This document shows positions 16,683 to 27,500 of a stretch of DNA of 55,417 nucleotides, one piece after another. Position 1 is the stretch's first letter. Each line of letters starts with the position of its first letter. The notes beneath the pieces are model-generated. The model did no database searches. It saw only the letters and a list, made by a program, of their open reading frames with translations, and was not told the DNA's origin. The position numbers were made by a program, and so were the translations under genes. Origin of the DNA: a bacterium (GTDB lineage Bacteria > Patescibacteriota > Minisyncoccia > Moranbacterales > UBA2206); NCBI GenBank assembly GCA_021788105.1, contig JAJYKZ010000003.1, positions 1-55,417 of the forward strand. Direction: 5' to 3'.

Positions 16683-18944
16683 TTGAAACGTATTAAGAAA
16701 AATAAATCTTTCAATTTATTTTTAGCAATTATATTTATTATAATTGCAAGTTTTTTGTTTTTAAAAAATGATGCTCGTGCCGCAACTCCATGTACATTTC
16801 AAGATACAAACCCGGCAACTGCAAAAAACAATACTTGCGTATGCACACTTTCATCAAATAATCCGGCGCCGACTGGAAATAGCTGCGAAGTAGCCTCAGT
16901 GGCAAGTGCAGCAGCCTGCCAAGACATGGCAAACCAAGGAACAGCAACCAGCCCGACATATTCTAGCTGCCAATTTTTCTCCAACGGATCATTTGGACCA
17001 GCACTTACAAGCAAGTTTGTTGATGTAAGTAAACAATCAGGAGTATTCCAACATCCAGCAAGCGCGCTTGTTGGTGCTCCAACAGCATCAATTATGAATC
17101 CAGCAAACTGGGTAGAAACAGCCATAATCTGGATCCTTGATGCCATCCTAAGCTTCATGGGAATGCTAGTCTCATTAGCAGCCACTCTCTTTGCTTGGGT
17201 AATTTATCCCGGCAACATAAATGCCATTTACAATAACCCGACTATTTACTCTATCTGGGGAACTGTGAGAGATTTTTTAAATATTGCTTTTATTTTAGTT
17301 CTTCTTTTTTCCGCCTTCTCAACCGTTTTTCAAGTTGAGAAATACAGTTATAAAAAAATTCTTCTCACCTTGATAATTATGGCACTGCTGGTTAATTTTA
17401 GTTTCCCAATTGCCAGATTTTTCATTGATGTTTCGAATGTTTTGATGTATACAATTCTTAATGCCACTTTTCCCAACATGCCTAGCGATCCCTCTGGGGG
17501 TTCTTATCTTTTCTCACAATTCGCAGGCACTGGACAATTTGCAGCAATTTTAAAACCAGATAATGCCTCTATCACAACTTTAATCGCATCAATTATTTTT
17601 GCCTTTCTTTTGGGCGTGACATTTCTAACTATGGCAATCCTATTTGCTATTAGGTTGGTTGCATTAGCTATAATAATAATTTTTTCACCGATTGCCTTTG
17701 TTGGAGAAATTATATCTTTCGGACAATCATTCGCCAGTAAATGGTGGAACTATCTTTTTAAATACTCATTCTTTGCTCCAATTATGGTATTCATGTTGTA
17801 TGTAGCCACAAAAATGCTAGCAGCAGCAAATCAATTAGGGGCTGTACAAATGCAAAATATAGCCAATAGCCAATCAGTTAATGGAAACTATTTGGGCAAT
17901 ATGGCGTTCTTTGCTATTCCAATTATAATTCTTTGGATGGGCATGGGCATTGCCAGTTCTTTCAGCATCGCCGGCGCCAACGCCGCGCAAAAGTGGGCGA
18001 CAAAAGGGATGAAATTTGCAAGCACAGCGCCAGGCAAAGCTGGCCGGTGGGGAGTAAAGAAGGGTGCCAAGAAAATTGATCGCGACTACATCGGTGTACG
18101 AGGAGCTATAAAAGCATGGAAAGACAGATCGGCTGAAGTCGACACAGACAAAGTTGGCGAACAAGCAGCCCTATCAAGAGATTTTCTTGGCCGCATTTTT
18201 GACAAAGGAAAAAGAGATCCCAAATTCTATCAAAAAGTAGAGAATGCTAATAAAATTGCAAAATATAAAAAGGAGCAGGATCTTTTTTCCACAACAGAGG
18301 AGGAAATACTTGGAGCTATGAATAAATTAGATGGAAAGACGGACAAAGAATCCGGCCAGAGAACACAAGCCTTTCTTCAAACTTTAGCTGGAAATAAAGA
18401 TCTTAATGAGTTTGCAAAAAGTAAAACTGGCGAATTTGATCCATACACAGCTAAAGAGGCTCTTTATAAAAGACTTAAATCAAGCCTAAACGAAACCGAA
18501 ACCGTTGACGCACTCCATGACCTTGAAAATATAAACCTTGCAAACGGCGTTTATTCTATGTTTGGATTAACTCATGTTTTAACATCGGCAGATGTTGCAA
18601 TGGATCCTTCTAGAGGCTCCGCTGGTCAGCGAGTGAAGAGCACATCCGCTGAGCAAAAAGCTGCCGCTATTGCAAAAATGAAGCAAGTTGATTATCAAAA
18701 GTTTGTGATCAACTTTCATCGCGACTCAGCCATAACCGAGGATGCTAAGGGCAATACGACCGGGCTTTCTGATATTGGAATGGATTCACTGAAATTTATA
18801 GAAAGCCAGGGAGCTAAGTATGCCGATAGAATGCGAGGGGAAAATAAAGCAGAATTGCTTAAAGCTATCCAGGAACATTCCAAAAAGGATAGTGGAGTGT
18901 TTGAAGCGAGTATTCCGAAATTAGTAGCTGAATTAAAAAAATAA
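16683..18944 (+). CDS. virB6: VirB6/TrbL-like polytopic membrane protein with Cys-rich N-terminal domain and long cytoplasmic tail
   Basis: WGTVRDFLNIAFILVLL, LLVNFSFPIARFFID, IRLVAL...IFSPIAF, WW.YLFKYSFFAP; TTG start. Confidence 0.75.
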   Translation: MKRIKKNKSFNLFLAIIFIIIASFLFLKNDARAATPCTFQDTNPATAKNNTCVCTLSSNNPAPTGNSCEVASVASAAACQDMANQGTATSPTYSSCQFFSNGSFGPALTSKFVDVSKQSGVFQHPASALVGAPTASIMNPANWVETAIIWILDAILSFMGMLVSLAATLFAWVIYPGNINAIYNNPTIYSIWGTVRDFLNIAFILVLLFSAFSTVFQVEKYSYKKILLTLIIMALLVNFSFPIARFFIDVSNVLMYTILNATFPNMPSDPSGGSYLFSQFAGTGQFAAILKPDNASITTLIASIIFAFLLGVTFLTMAILFAIRLVALAIIIIFSPIAFVGEIISFGQSFASKWWNYLFKYSFFAPIMVFMLYVATKMLAAANQLGAVQMQNIANSQSVNGNYLGNMAFFAIPIIILWMGMGIASSFSIAGANAAQKWATKGMKFASTAPGKAGRWGVKKGAKKIDRDYIGVRGAIKAWKDRSAEVDTDKVGEQAALSRDFLGRIFDKGKRDPKFYQKVENANKIAKYKKEQDLFSTTEEEILGAMNKLDGKTDKESGQRTQAFLQTLAGNKDLNEFAKSKTGEFDPYTAKEALYKRLKSSLNETETVDALHDLENINLANGVYSMFGLTHVLTSADVAMDPSRGSAGQRVKSTSAEQKAAAIAKMKQVDYQKFVINFHRDSAITEDAKGNTTGLSDIGMDSLKFIESQGAKYADRMRGENKAELLKAIQEHSKKDSGVFEASIPKLVAELKK

Positions 18945-19007
18945 CCACGAACATAACAGATGAAACGTAAGAAAATTATTCTGAGAAAATTTTAAATAAA
19001 AAAATAA

Positions 19008-20174
19008 ATGTTTAATCCAAGATTAGAAGAAAAAATTGAAAATTTTTCCAATCTTTCCAATCAAGAGTGTGCTTTGATAATCAAAGACAACTTTCTAGAA
19101 GCATTGGAAAGCGACAATTATATTGACTGGGATATCGTTACTAAATTTATAAATACGCCTTACGCGGATCGTGAATTATTATGTAAACTTTTTAATTCTG
19201 CCATCAAACAAAATAGCCAAAAAATTGGAAACTTTAAAATCAGCGACTGGATTAGAAAATATCAAGATCAATATCTTGGAAAAGAAAGAAATCCCAACAC
19301 ATTTTTTGAATATACCAACAATAATCCGGAAATAAAAAAATTATCCAAACACGATCGATTGTTGATAGCTAGAATTTTAAGAATTTATGACTATTTATTA
19401 GTTATTCCAATTGTCGATCTCGAAGGGCCCGTGGAAAGCATTCTGCGATTTGCAATGCGTTCTGAACCTACGCAAGAAAAAAGACCGCTCAATTCGATTG
19501 CAACAGAAAATAGAATTCAACGAAAAATACCACTGGTTAAGTTGCTGTTTGATTCCGCCCTTCAGCAGCTTCCTGAACTCGGCGAGCAGTTGATTACTTC
19601 CGAAAGAATTTCTCTTAAAAATTTCCCCGAACCGGTGCGGCCGTCGATCAAAAACTGGATTGCTGATTACACATTCTCTCTGGGCGGATTTGACGCCCAG
19701 CACAGCACGATCGCCCGCGGCAATTACCTTTTCCACGGCGACAACACTATGCATCTTTCTTCGGACGAGCGGGAAAAACTCTCCTACATCTTGAAAGCCT
19801 ACGATGAAAATTCGGAAGTTACAATCAACAAAGAAACAAAGCAAATAATATTTCCTGAAATTCGCCAACAATCGGGTGATAAAATTTCAAATTCTAAATT
19901 TCAAATTTCAAGTCAAACTCAAAGATCAAATGATCAAATTTCAAGGCCATCGTCTCAAGAAATTAACCCGTCGGCAACGCCGCAAATATCACAAAAATCA
20001 AATCCGGAAAACATGCCTGGCAACATAAATTCCATAAAATTTTCCTATCCGCAAAAATTGCCGTACGAAAATAACAATCCGTACGTGATTAAGCCAGTCT
20101 ATCCAAATGAACAAAAACCGGAACAATCAAAAACGAAACCATTGCCAAAAAACGTGGTTAATCTCAAAGAATAA
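19008..20174 (+). CDS. Hypothetical cytoplasmic protein in the T4SS-like locus
   Basis: Long ORF; block PSIKNWIADY...RGNYLF; heptamer repeat insert near the C-terminus. Confidence 0.8.
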   Translation: MFNPRLEEKIENFSNLSNQECALIIKDNFLEALESDNYIDWDIVTKFINTPYADRELLCKLFNSAIKQNSQKIGNFKISDWIRKYQDQYLGKERNPNTFFEYTNNNPEIKKLSKHDRLLIARILRIYDYLLVIPIVDLEGPVESILRFAMRSEPTQEKRPLNSIATENRIQRKIPLVKLLFDSALQQLPELGEQLITSERISLKNFPEPVRPSIKNWIADYTFSLGGFDAQHSTIARGNYLFHGDNTMHLSSDEREKLSYILKAYDENSEVTINKETKQIIFPEIRQQSGDKISNSKFQISSQTQRSNDQISRPSSQEINPSATPQISQKSNPENMPGNINSIKFSYPQKLPYENNNPYVIKPVYPNEQKPEQSKTKPLPKNVVNLKE

Positions 20175-20176
20175 TT

Positions 20177-20215
20177 TTAGGAGCTAAGCTCCTTGGAAAG
20201 GAGCTTAGCTCCTAA
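20177..20215. repeat. Perfect 17 bp inverted repeat made of two AGGAGCT(A/T)AGCTCCT units
   Basis: ttaggagctaagctcct-tggaa-aggagcttagctcctaa. Confidence 0.85.
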
Positions 20216-20223
20216 AGAATGCT

Positions 20224-20631
20224 ATGCTATTCAACATTCCACAATTCATAGAAAAAGAAGATAAGATTGTCGGACCGCTGACCGCCAAACAGCTGGGCTG
20301 GATGGCCGGCGCGGGCGTGACGCTTTTGGTGCTGTACAGCCTTTTGGACACCGCCACGTTTTATATTTCCGCCATTCCGGTTATAATTATTTTTGGAGGC
20401 CTGGCTTTTTATCGTCCGTACAACCAATCGCTTTTCAGCTTTGTCGTTTCCGTCGTCTTTTTTTCCTTTCATCCGAAAGTTTATGTCTGGCGCCGAGTGC
20501 CGGAAGCGATCAAACCGCCAAAACGCGTAGTCGCCAAAAAAATCGAAAAGAAACAGGAAAGAATTGTTACTTCCGGAAAAATTGAAGAAATATCAAAACT
20601 GCTGGATAGAAATAAAACGCTGAAATTCTGA
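20224..20631 (+). CDS. prgI: PrgI family protein (VirB3-like)
   Basis: IPQFIEKEDKIVGPLTAKQ, two TMs, PKVYVW. Confidence 0.88.
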   Translation: MLFNIPQFIEKEDKIVGPLTAKQLGWMAGAGVTLLVLYSLLDTATFYISAIPVIIIFGGLAFYRPYNQSLFSFVVSVVFFSFHPKVYVWRRVPEAIKPPKRVVAKKIEKKQERIVTSGKIEEISKLLDRNKTLKF

Positions 20632-20732
20632 ACCACTGATTACCACTGACTTCACTTGATTTCACATGAATTTTAAAATTTAAAAACCACAATCACGTGT
20701 ATTCAGAAAAATCACGTGCTAATCATGTGGTT
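20631..20732. repeat. ~100 bp imperfect inverted-repeat element with 10 nt periodic arms
   Basis: aaccactgattaccactgact... / ...atcacgtgctaatcatgtggtt; central ttttaaa-a-tttaaaa. Confidence 0.6.
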
Positions 20733-20739
20733 CTGACAT

Positions 20740-21423
20740 ATGGAAACTCTCCACTCCAATAAAATAACCAAGCAAACTTCCACTTCGCCCACCCAGCAGT
20801 TTGTCGATGTGGCGGAAGTCAAGGAAGACGTTGTTGTTCTGAAAAGCGGATCACTGCGGTCGGTTTTGGCCGTGTCCGCCATAAATTATGATCTGAAATC
20901 CACCGACGAACAAGAGGCGATTATTTCGCAATACCAAAATTTTCTCAACTCGCTCGATTTTCCGATCCAAGTTTTAATCAGCTCCCGCAAGTTGAATATG
21001 GATCACTATCTGGAATTCTTGGAAGGCAAAGAAAAAGAACAGCCCAACGAACTGCTGCGGCTGCAGATTTCGGAATATAAGAATTTTATTTCCGAACTGG
21101 TTACCGTTTCCAATATTATGGACAAAGATTTCTATATCATTATTCCTTTTTCCCCGGTGGAAAACAAGGAAAAAGGATTTTTCAGCAACATTTCCAGCAT
21201 GATGAATCCCAAGAAAAATATTATAGAGAAAATGGAAACTTTCGAAACTTACAAAAACCAGCTGTTTCAAAGAGTCGACCACATCACCGCCAGTCTTTCC
21301 GGCATCGGCCTGCGCATCACGCCGCTCAAGACCCAGGAACTGATCGAACTTATGTATAATTCCTATAACCCCGCCGTGAACCTGAGCAAGATTCCGGATA
21401 TTGCCAATCTCGATTTGAAATAA
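20740..21423 (+). CDS. TraC/TrsD-like VirB4-associated protein
   Basis: VSAINYDLKSTDEQEAI...FLNSLDFPIQVLISSRKL; lies between prgI and virB4. Confidence 0.7.
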   Translation: METLHSNKITKQTSTSPTQQFVDVAEVKEDVVVLKSGSLRSVLAVSAINYDLKSTDEQEAIISQYQNFLNSLDFPIQVLISSRKLNMDHYLEFLEGKEKEQPNELLRLQISEYKNFISELVTVSNIMDKDFYIIIPFSPVENKEKGFFSNISSMMNPKKNIIEKMETFETYKNQLFQRVDHITASLSGIGLRITPLKTQELIELMYNSYNPAVNLSKIPDIANLDLK

Positions 21424-21473
21424 AAATATTTTCAAAAAATTAGTTTTTGAATTTCTGAAAATTTGCAAAATTT

Positions 21474-23333
21474 ATGTTTGATTTTTTAAACAAAAACAAA
21501 ACTGCCAAGCCGGCTCAGCCAGCCGCCGCCAAACCAATTTCCATTCCAAAAGAAGAACGGGATGAAATTTTGCAAGCGGAAAAATATTATCAGGAAGGAT
21601 TGGCCAAGCTTCACGACCTGATCGCTCCGGCCGCCATAAAAGTTACGCCGCGCTACATTCGGGTCGGGGAAACGCTCGCCCAAACGCTGTTTGTCATAAC
21701 TTATCCGCGCTACCTCCAAAGCAACTGGTTTTCGCCGATCATCAACATCGACCTGCCGATTAATATTGCTATGTTCGTCCATCCGATCGAGACTTACGAA
21801 GTGCTGAAAAATTTGAAAAAAAGCGCCACCCAAGTCCAGTCCCAAATCCATATGTCCGAAGAAAAAGGAATGATCCGCGATCCCTCTCTGGAAACCGCGA
21901 TGCAGGACATCGAAGATTTGCGCGACAAGCTCCAGCAGGGAACGGAAAAATTTTTCCGCTACGGTTTGTACATAACGATTTTTGCCAATGACGAAAAGGA
22001 ATTGGAGAAAGCCTCCACGTCGATCGTTTCGATTTTGGAAGCCCAGTTGATTTACGCCAAGCCTTCCATTTTCAAAACCGAACAAGGATTCAATTCCACG
22101 ATTCCTTTGGCCAACGACGAGCTGGATGTCGGCACCAGCATGAACTCCGCGCCGCTTTCCACGACTTTTCCATTCGTCTCTTCAACGCTTTCCAATGATG
22201 AAGGAATTTTGTACGGCATCAACCGCCATAACAACAGCTTGATTATTTTCGACCGCTTCAAAATGGAAAACGGCAATATGGTGGTTTTCGCCAAATCCGG
22301 CGCCGGAAAAAGTTACACTGTCAAACTGGAAGTTCTGCGTTCTCTTATGGTTGGAACATCGGTCGTCATTATCGATCCGGAAAATGAATACAAGCATCTC
22401 TGCGAAACAGTCGGCGGGACTTTCATTAAAATTTCCCTTAATTCTTCCAATCACCTGAACCCGTTCGATTTGCCGAAAGTCATTGAAGACGAGGATCCGG
22501 AAGATATTTTGCGAAACAATATTGCAAACTTGATTGGCTTGCTTCATTTGATGCTGGGCGCCATCACGCCTGAAGAAGATTCCATTTTGGATCGCGCCAT
22601 CCACGAAACTTACGCGATGCGTGATATTACCAAAGACACGGATTTCAACGCCTTAAGCAAAGATTCTTTCCCGACGATGATTGATCTCTACCACGTCCTG
22701 AAAAACATGGAAGGCGGGGAAGATTTGGCAACCCGCCTGGAAAAATACACGGTGGGTGTTTTTGCCGGATTTTTGAACAATTCTACCAACATCAACATTG
22801 AAAATTCTCTTGTTGTTTTTAATATCCGCGATATGGAAGAAGAATTGCGGCCGATTGCCATGTACACTGTGCTTCAATTTATTTGGAATGAAATGAGAAC
22901 CAACATGAAAAAAAGGCTGGTTCTTGTTGATGAAGCCTGGGTCATGATGAAGTCCGATGACGCCGCTTCATTCCTTTTTGGAATTGCAAAACGCTGCCGA
23001 AAATATTATACTGGACTTACAACCATCACTCAGGATGTCAATGATTTCCTCTCTTCGAAATACGGCAAGCCGATCGTTACCAACTCATCCATCCAGCTTC
23101 TTTTGAAACAGTCGCCGGCCGCCGTTGATATGCTGGCTGAAACGTTCTATCTGACCGATCAGGAAAAATTTTTGCTCCTGGAAAGCAATGTCGGAGAAGG
23201 AATTTTCTTTGCCGGCACCAAGCACGTGGCCATTAAAGTTATCGCCTCCTACAGCGAAGATCAGATCATCACAACCGATCCGGCCCAGCTTTTGGAAATC
23301 GAACAAGCCAAAAGAGAATTCAGCGAAGAATAA
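21474..23333 (+). CDS. virB4: VirB4-like ATPase (FtsK-HerA superfamily)
   Basis: Walker A FAKSGAGKS, IIDPENEY, Walker B LVLVDEAW, RCRKY...TITQDVNDF. Confidence 0.93.
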   Translation: MFDFLNKNKTAKPAQPAAAKPISIPKEERDEILQAEKYYQEGLAKLHDLIAPAAIKVTPRYIRVGETLAQTLFVITYPRYLQSNWFSPIINIDLPINIAMFVHPIETYEVLKNLKKSATQVQSQIHMSEEKGMIRDPSLETAMQDIEDLRDKLQQGTEKFFRYGLYITIFANDEKELEKASTSIVSILEAQLIYAKPSIFKTEQGFNSTIPLANDELDVGTSMNSAPLSTTFPFVSSTLSNDEGILYGINRHNNSLIIFDRFKMENGNMVVFAKSGAGKSYTVKLEVLRSLMVGTSVVIIDPENEYKHLCETVGGTFIKISLNSSNHLNPFDLPKVIEDEDPEDILRNNIANLIGLLHLMLGAITPEEDSILDRAIHETYAMRDITKDTDFNALSKDSFPTMIDLYHVLKNMEGGEDLATRLEKYTVGVFAGFLNNSTNINIENSLVVFNIRDMEEELRPIAMYTVLQFIWNEMRTNMKKRLVLVDEAWVMMKSDDAASFLFGIAKRCRKYYTGLTTITQDVNDFLSSKYGKPIVTNSSIQLLLKQSPAAVDMLAETFYLTDQEKFLLLESNVGEGIFFAGTKHVAIKVIASYSEDQIITTDPAQLLEIEQAKREFSEE

Positions 23334-23360
23334 TTTTAGATATATTTTTGAGATATTTTT

Positions 23361-23846
23361 ATGGAGGCGACTTACGAACAACTCCAGCACCAAGCAAGGC
23401 TAAACCAAGCCAGAAGCACTGCCAGAGTTTACGCCAATTCTGCGGCAATCGCAAAAAAATCAGCCAAAAAAGCTCCGCTTACGAATTATATTGAACTAAT
23501 AACAGACTGGGCTTTCGTTCCGGCAACAATGCTGGCTATTTTGGAAGATATTTTGGATCTGGTTGGAATTGGAGAAATTCCGGGATTTTCTCTCATCTCT
23601 TCAAGCACCACCGGCTTCGCCCTAAATTTAGCAGGCTCGCCAGATTTAGTTAATATAAAAACAAACAAACAGGATAGGATGGGTCTTTTTACAAATACGA
23701 AAACTGAAGGCCTGGGACCAATTGGAAAAATTTTAATTTTAATTGCTTCCGCAATAATAGAAATGTTTGGGATTCCCGATGAGACCGCCACCGCTGTCTA
23801 TTTGTTTTATTCCGTTTTAAAATCCAGGCGAGCCGCTGATCAATAA
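23361..23846 (+). CDS. Hypothetical membrane protein
   Basis: Co-oriented ORF with hydrophobic segments; operonic spacing. Confidence 0.7.
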   Translation: MEATYEQLQHQARLNQARSTARVYANSAAIAKKSAKKAPLTNYIELITDWAFVPATMLAILEDILDLVGIGEIPGFSLISSSTTGFALNLAGSPDLVNIKTNKQDRMGLFTNTKTEGLGPIGKILILIASAIIEMFGIPDETATAVYLFYSVLKSRRAADQ

Positions 23847-23885
23847 AATAGACAGCTATTGCAATTTTTCAGATAAAAATAAAAA

Positions 23886-24548
23886 ATGAAAAAAAATAAT
23901 TATTATCTCCATATTTTTTCCGCATGGAACCGGGAAATCATCACTTCTTTGGTGATTGTTCTTTGTTTGGTTTTGTTTATTTTGTTTCCGGTTGCCGGAG
24001 CGGCCCAAAATTTCACCCGAAGCATATTTTTTCTGGTTGTCGTTCCGATTTTGTACATAAAATTCATTCTTCGCAAAAGCTTGACGGATTTCGGCTTCAG
24101 CTTAAAAAACAAAAAGGAAGGTCTTTACTGGGGAGGCGGAATGCTTTTAGTTTCCTTATTGGCCGCTTTCTTGCTTATAAAATTTACCGGTTTTAAAAAT
24201 AACTATGCCATTCCCGCTTACGCTTTGAATAATTTCTGGCTTTTCCTGGCGTACGAGTTGATTTTTGTAAATATCTTTTTTGTTCTCCAAGAATTTTTCT
24301 TCAAGGGTTTTATCTTATTTTCTTTTTTCGAAAGGGCTGGCTGGTGGTCGGTTGCGATTTCCTCGGGCATTTTCCTTTTGGTTCTGGCATTCACCGGCAG
24401 TTTCGTCTGGCAGCTCGTGCCAATGATTATTTTATCCATCACCGGAAGCATCGTCGCCTACAAAAGCCGCTCCTGGATATATTCATATTTAATGGGGTTG
24501 CTGTTTCTTTTGCTGACTGACGCATATTTAATTTCAATTATAAAATAA
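23886..24548 (+). CDS. CPBP/Abi (CAAX protease-like) membrane protein with degenerate active site
   Basis: DFGFS, QEFFFKG for EExxFRG, SSGIF, KSRSW; catalytic His residues absent. Confidence 0.7.
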   Translation: MKKNNYYLHIFSAWNREIITSLVIVLCLVLFILFPVAGAAQNFTRSIFFLVVVPILYIKFILRKSLTDFGFSLKNKKEGLYWGGGMLLVSLLAAFLLIKFTGFKNNYAIPAYALNNFWLFLAYELIFVNIFFVLQEFFFKGFILFSFFERAGWWSVAISSGIFLLVLAFTGSFVWQLVPMIILSITGSIVAYKSRSWIYSYLMGLLFLLLTDAYLISIIK

Positions 24549-24549
24549 A

Positions 24550-27500
24550 ATGAAGAAATTACTCGTACCCATCCTGATTTTAATAACATCTTTTTCACTG
24601 TCCGCGCCCGCCCTTGCGTTCAGCTATCCCAACCCGTTTGATGCCGCCCAGCAAGGGATGAGCGGAATTATGGGTATGATGGGGCTCAATCAAAATGTCC
24701 TGCAAACCTATTCCCAATCCCTCAATGTGTCCAGCCAAAAAGAAACACCTCCGCAAGTCCTTTTAAATTTTTCTCCCACCAACCCTTCTGACGGGCAGCA
24801 AGTTACCGTCACCGCCCAGCCGGAATATTTCATGAACGACAAATCACAGGAATATTTTACTTGGTATTTGAAGCATAGTTATTGCCACACAGGCGCAGAC
24901 AAAGGAGCCGCCAACTATGATTCGCGCTGCGACTTAAATGATGACGGAACAATTAGTGTTGAAGATTATAAAATAGCCGCCGCCCGAATTTTGGCCGCTA
25001 ACGGATTTGATTGGAACACCGCCCTGGGACAAGACAGCCAGAATTGCAGCGGAAACTCCAGCGCTGACATAAGCTACTGTTCACAGCCGGACAAATATGA
25101 TCACGCCGGCGATGACGAATATTTGGCCGCTTTTGGAGGAGATAATCAGACGGAACCCACTTACGGCTACCATTGTTATGTTCACGATTTCCAGTCCGGC
25201 ATAGATTCTGAAATAAAATGCCAGCAGTTATTTCCGGACTCATATTCAATGGATGCCAATTGGAAAATTAAAGACGATGGGAGTTTGGCCGATTCACACA
25301 ACGGGCTAAGTAAAAATGAGGAAAGATTTTGGCATCTTGATCCTAATAACAAAGACACGGCCGGAACGGGAAATACAAACGTAGCCAACATTATCGGCCT
25401 GGGAGAATTTCAATTCAGCTGGAATTACGAGTCGGGCGATGAAGTCGGAGTGGCAGTGGAAGGAATTTCCATTTCACCAACCAACTACAACGATTCTTCC
25501 TATAAAATAATGTGGGCGCTGCCTAAAAACAATTTCAGCAATTGCATGTCATCAGAAAGCTCCTCCCAAGACCATTTTCCCCAATTTGTTTCTGACTATG
25601 ATTTGGGCAGTGAAATTTCTGACCCATCCGGATTTGAAAAGCAATATCTGCAGCCGGACAATTCAAATGACTATTCCACCGCCCAGCCGGTGACTGCAAC
25701 TTTAAGCAACGGTTACACAGCCACCATAACGAAAAAAATAGTCAACTCTGATTCCAGCGCTTTCGGCCTTACCGGCAAACTGGAAATAACCGCCGTAATA
25801 CAGAAGCCGGCACAAATAAGCGGAATCAATTCAAGTTACTCCTATATTCCCGACTCCTATGTTTTCACCCAGACCTATTCCCTGGGAAGCGATTCTTTTG
25901 GAAATTCTACCTATACAAACGAAGATTCTTCTTACACCGAGGCACACTACACAATATCCGATTCCGACAACTCTGATACTCCGCCAATTAAAACTGAGAC
26001 TCTGACGGCGGCAGAAAATAATGTCGTGTTTACCTCTATTGGCAAAGGAGACACCACAACAACCAAAACTACAAAATATACAGTCAGCGCCAGCTATAAC
26101 CCGGTCGTCACTTCAACCACCAATCCAATAACCTATAAAACGACTCAGCAAACAACGTATAATTATACGCCGTCCGGTTCTACGGTAGATTATACTGATT
26201 TTAATTTTCCCTCAGTTTCGGGAACGGGTACGCTGTCAGCGGCGCCGTATTGGAGCAGCATAACCAGCACCGGCCCTTCGGTGACCACGAGCTCAAATAC
26301 GCCCGCGCCTCCCGAAGACAGTCTTAATAATTGCTTGAAAGATAATATGGTTACCCCGACCGAAGGCGGACAGACTGCCCGCATTGAAGTCGATCTCTCC
26401 GCCATTCCAACTTCTCCCACCAATGATCCCACCAACAGTCCTATCGTCGCTCACAATTCTGCGGAAGAAAGTGGGCCTAATTCCGACGAGTTGGCAATAA
26501 CCTCTTCAGTCCTTAATGTTGATGACCCAAGTTCTTTGAAATACACTTGGGAAGTCTATACTGCGGATGATGCCAACTCAGATTCCTGGATTCCAATTCC
26601 CAAAACAGACTTATCTGAGTTGGGAGCGACCAAGCTTTCGGGAATGGGATTGAATAAAATCCAATTTAAATTGAATTTTCCAAAAGATTTTCTGAAAAAA
26701 TATATCAAAGTGAGACTCACTGCCGAGGAAACTGCCAATGACAGCACTCGCGAGGGTTATGGAGAAGTAGTGGTTCCGGTGTCTTCTTCCGCTGATTCAA
26801 TCCAGGTTTTCAGCACAACCACAACTGAACCGGTCACAAACACAACCGAATCGGGCAACAACATTATCCTAGGACTTGATCCTTCCGGAGAAAGATGCCA
26901 AACCGGCATGGACAAAATCACCTGTCCGGTTGTCAAAGATGAAATTGTCGGACTGAAGCTTGACGACTCCAATCTGAGCAATTTTTCTTGGAGTTTGGAC
27001 GGCACGCCTTTTTCCTATCAGCAAGCCGGTACGCCCGATTATGAAGCTTTTTTTCCAGTTCTGAAAGAAGTGGGCGATCAATACACCGTAAGCGTAACCG
27101 CCACCGACAAAACGACCGGCGATCCGATAACCATAACCAAAAATTTTCAAGTAGATGATCCAAAAATCGGAATAATTTCCACGGACAACAACGCTTCGCC
27201 GGTGCTTTTGGGAAATTATGTCGATCTTAACAAGAAACTCTGGCCAGACTACAGCACCGATCAGTTTCTAGCCCAGCCGGGAAGCAACATTACCCTAAAA
27301 GCAGACTTTGCCAATATTCCCGCTTCATTTCTTTATGGAGGAACTTACACCTGGTTCATCGACAACACACCGATCGTTTCTGGTTCACCCAATGATTTCG
27401 GCGCAACCATAAATTCCGACGGCAGCTTATCATTCCCAGCCAACAAGTCCATTGGAGATGTTTATACGGTTGACATCGGAGCAACCTATAGCCAAGACAA

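Noticed and set aside
20691-20720. parS sites (CACGTG cores)
   Set aside because: Flanks do not match TGTTNCACGTGAAACA; explained by the inverted-repeat element.
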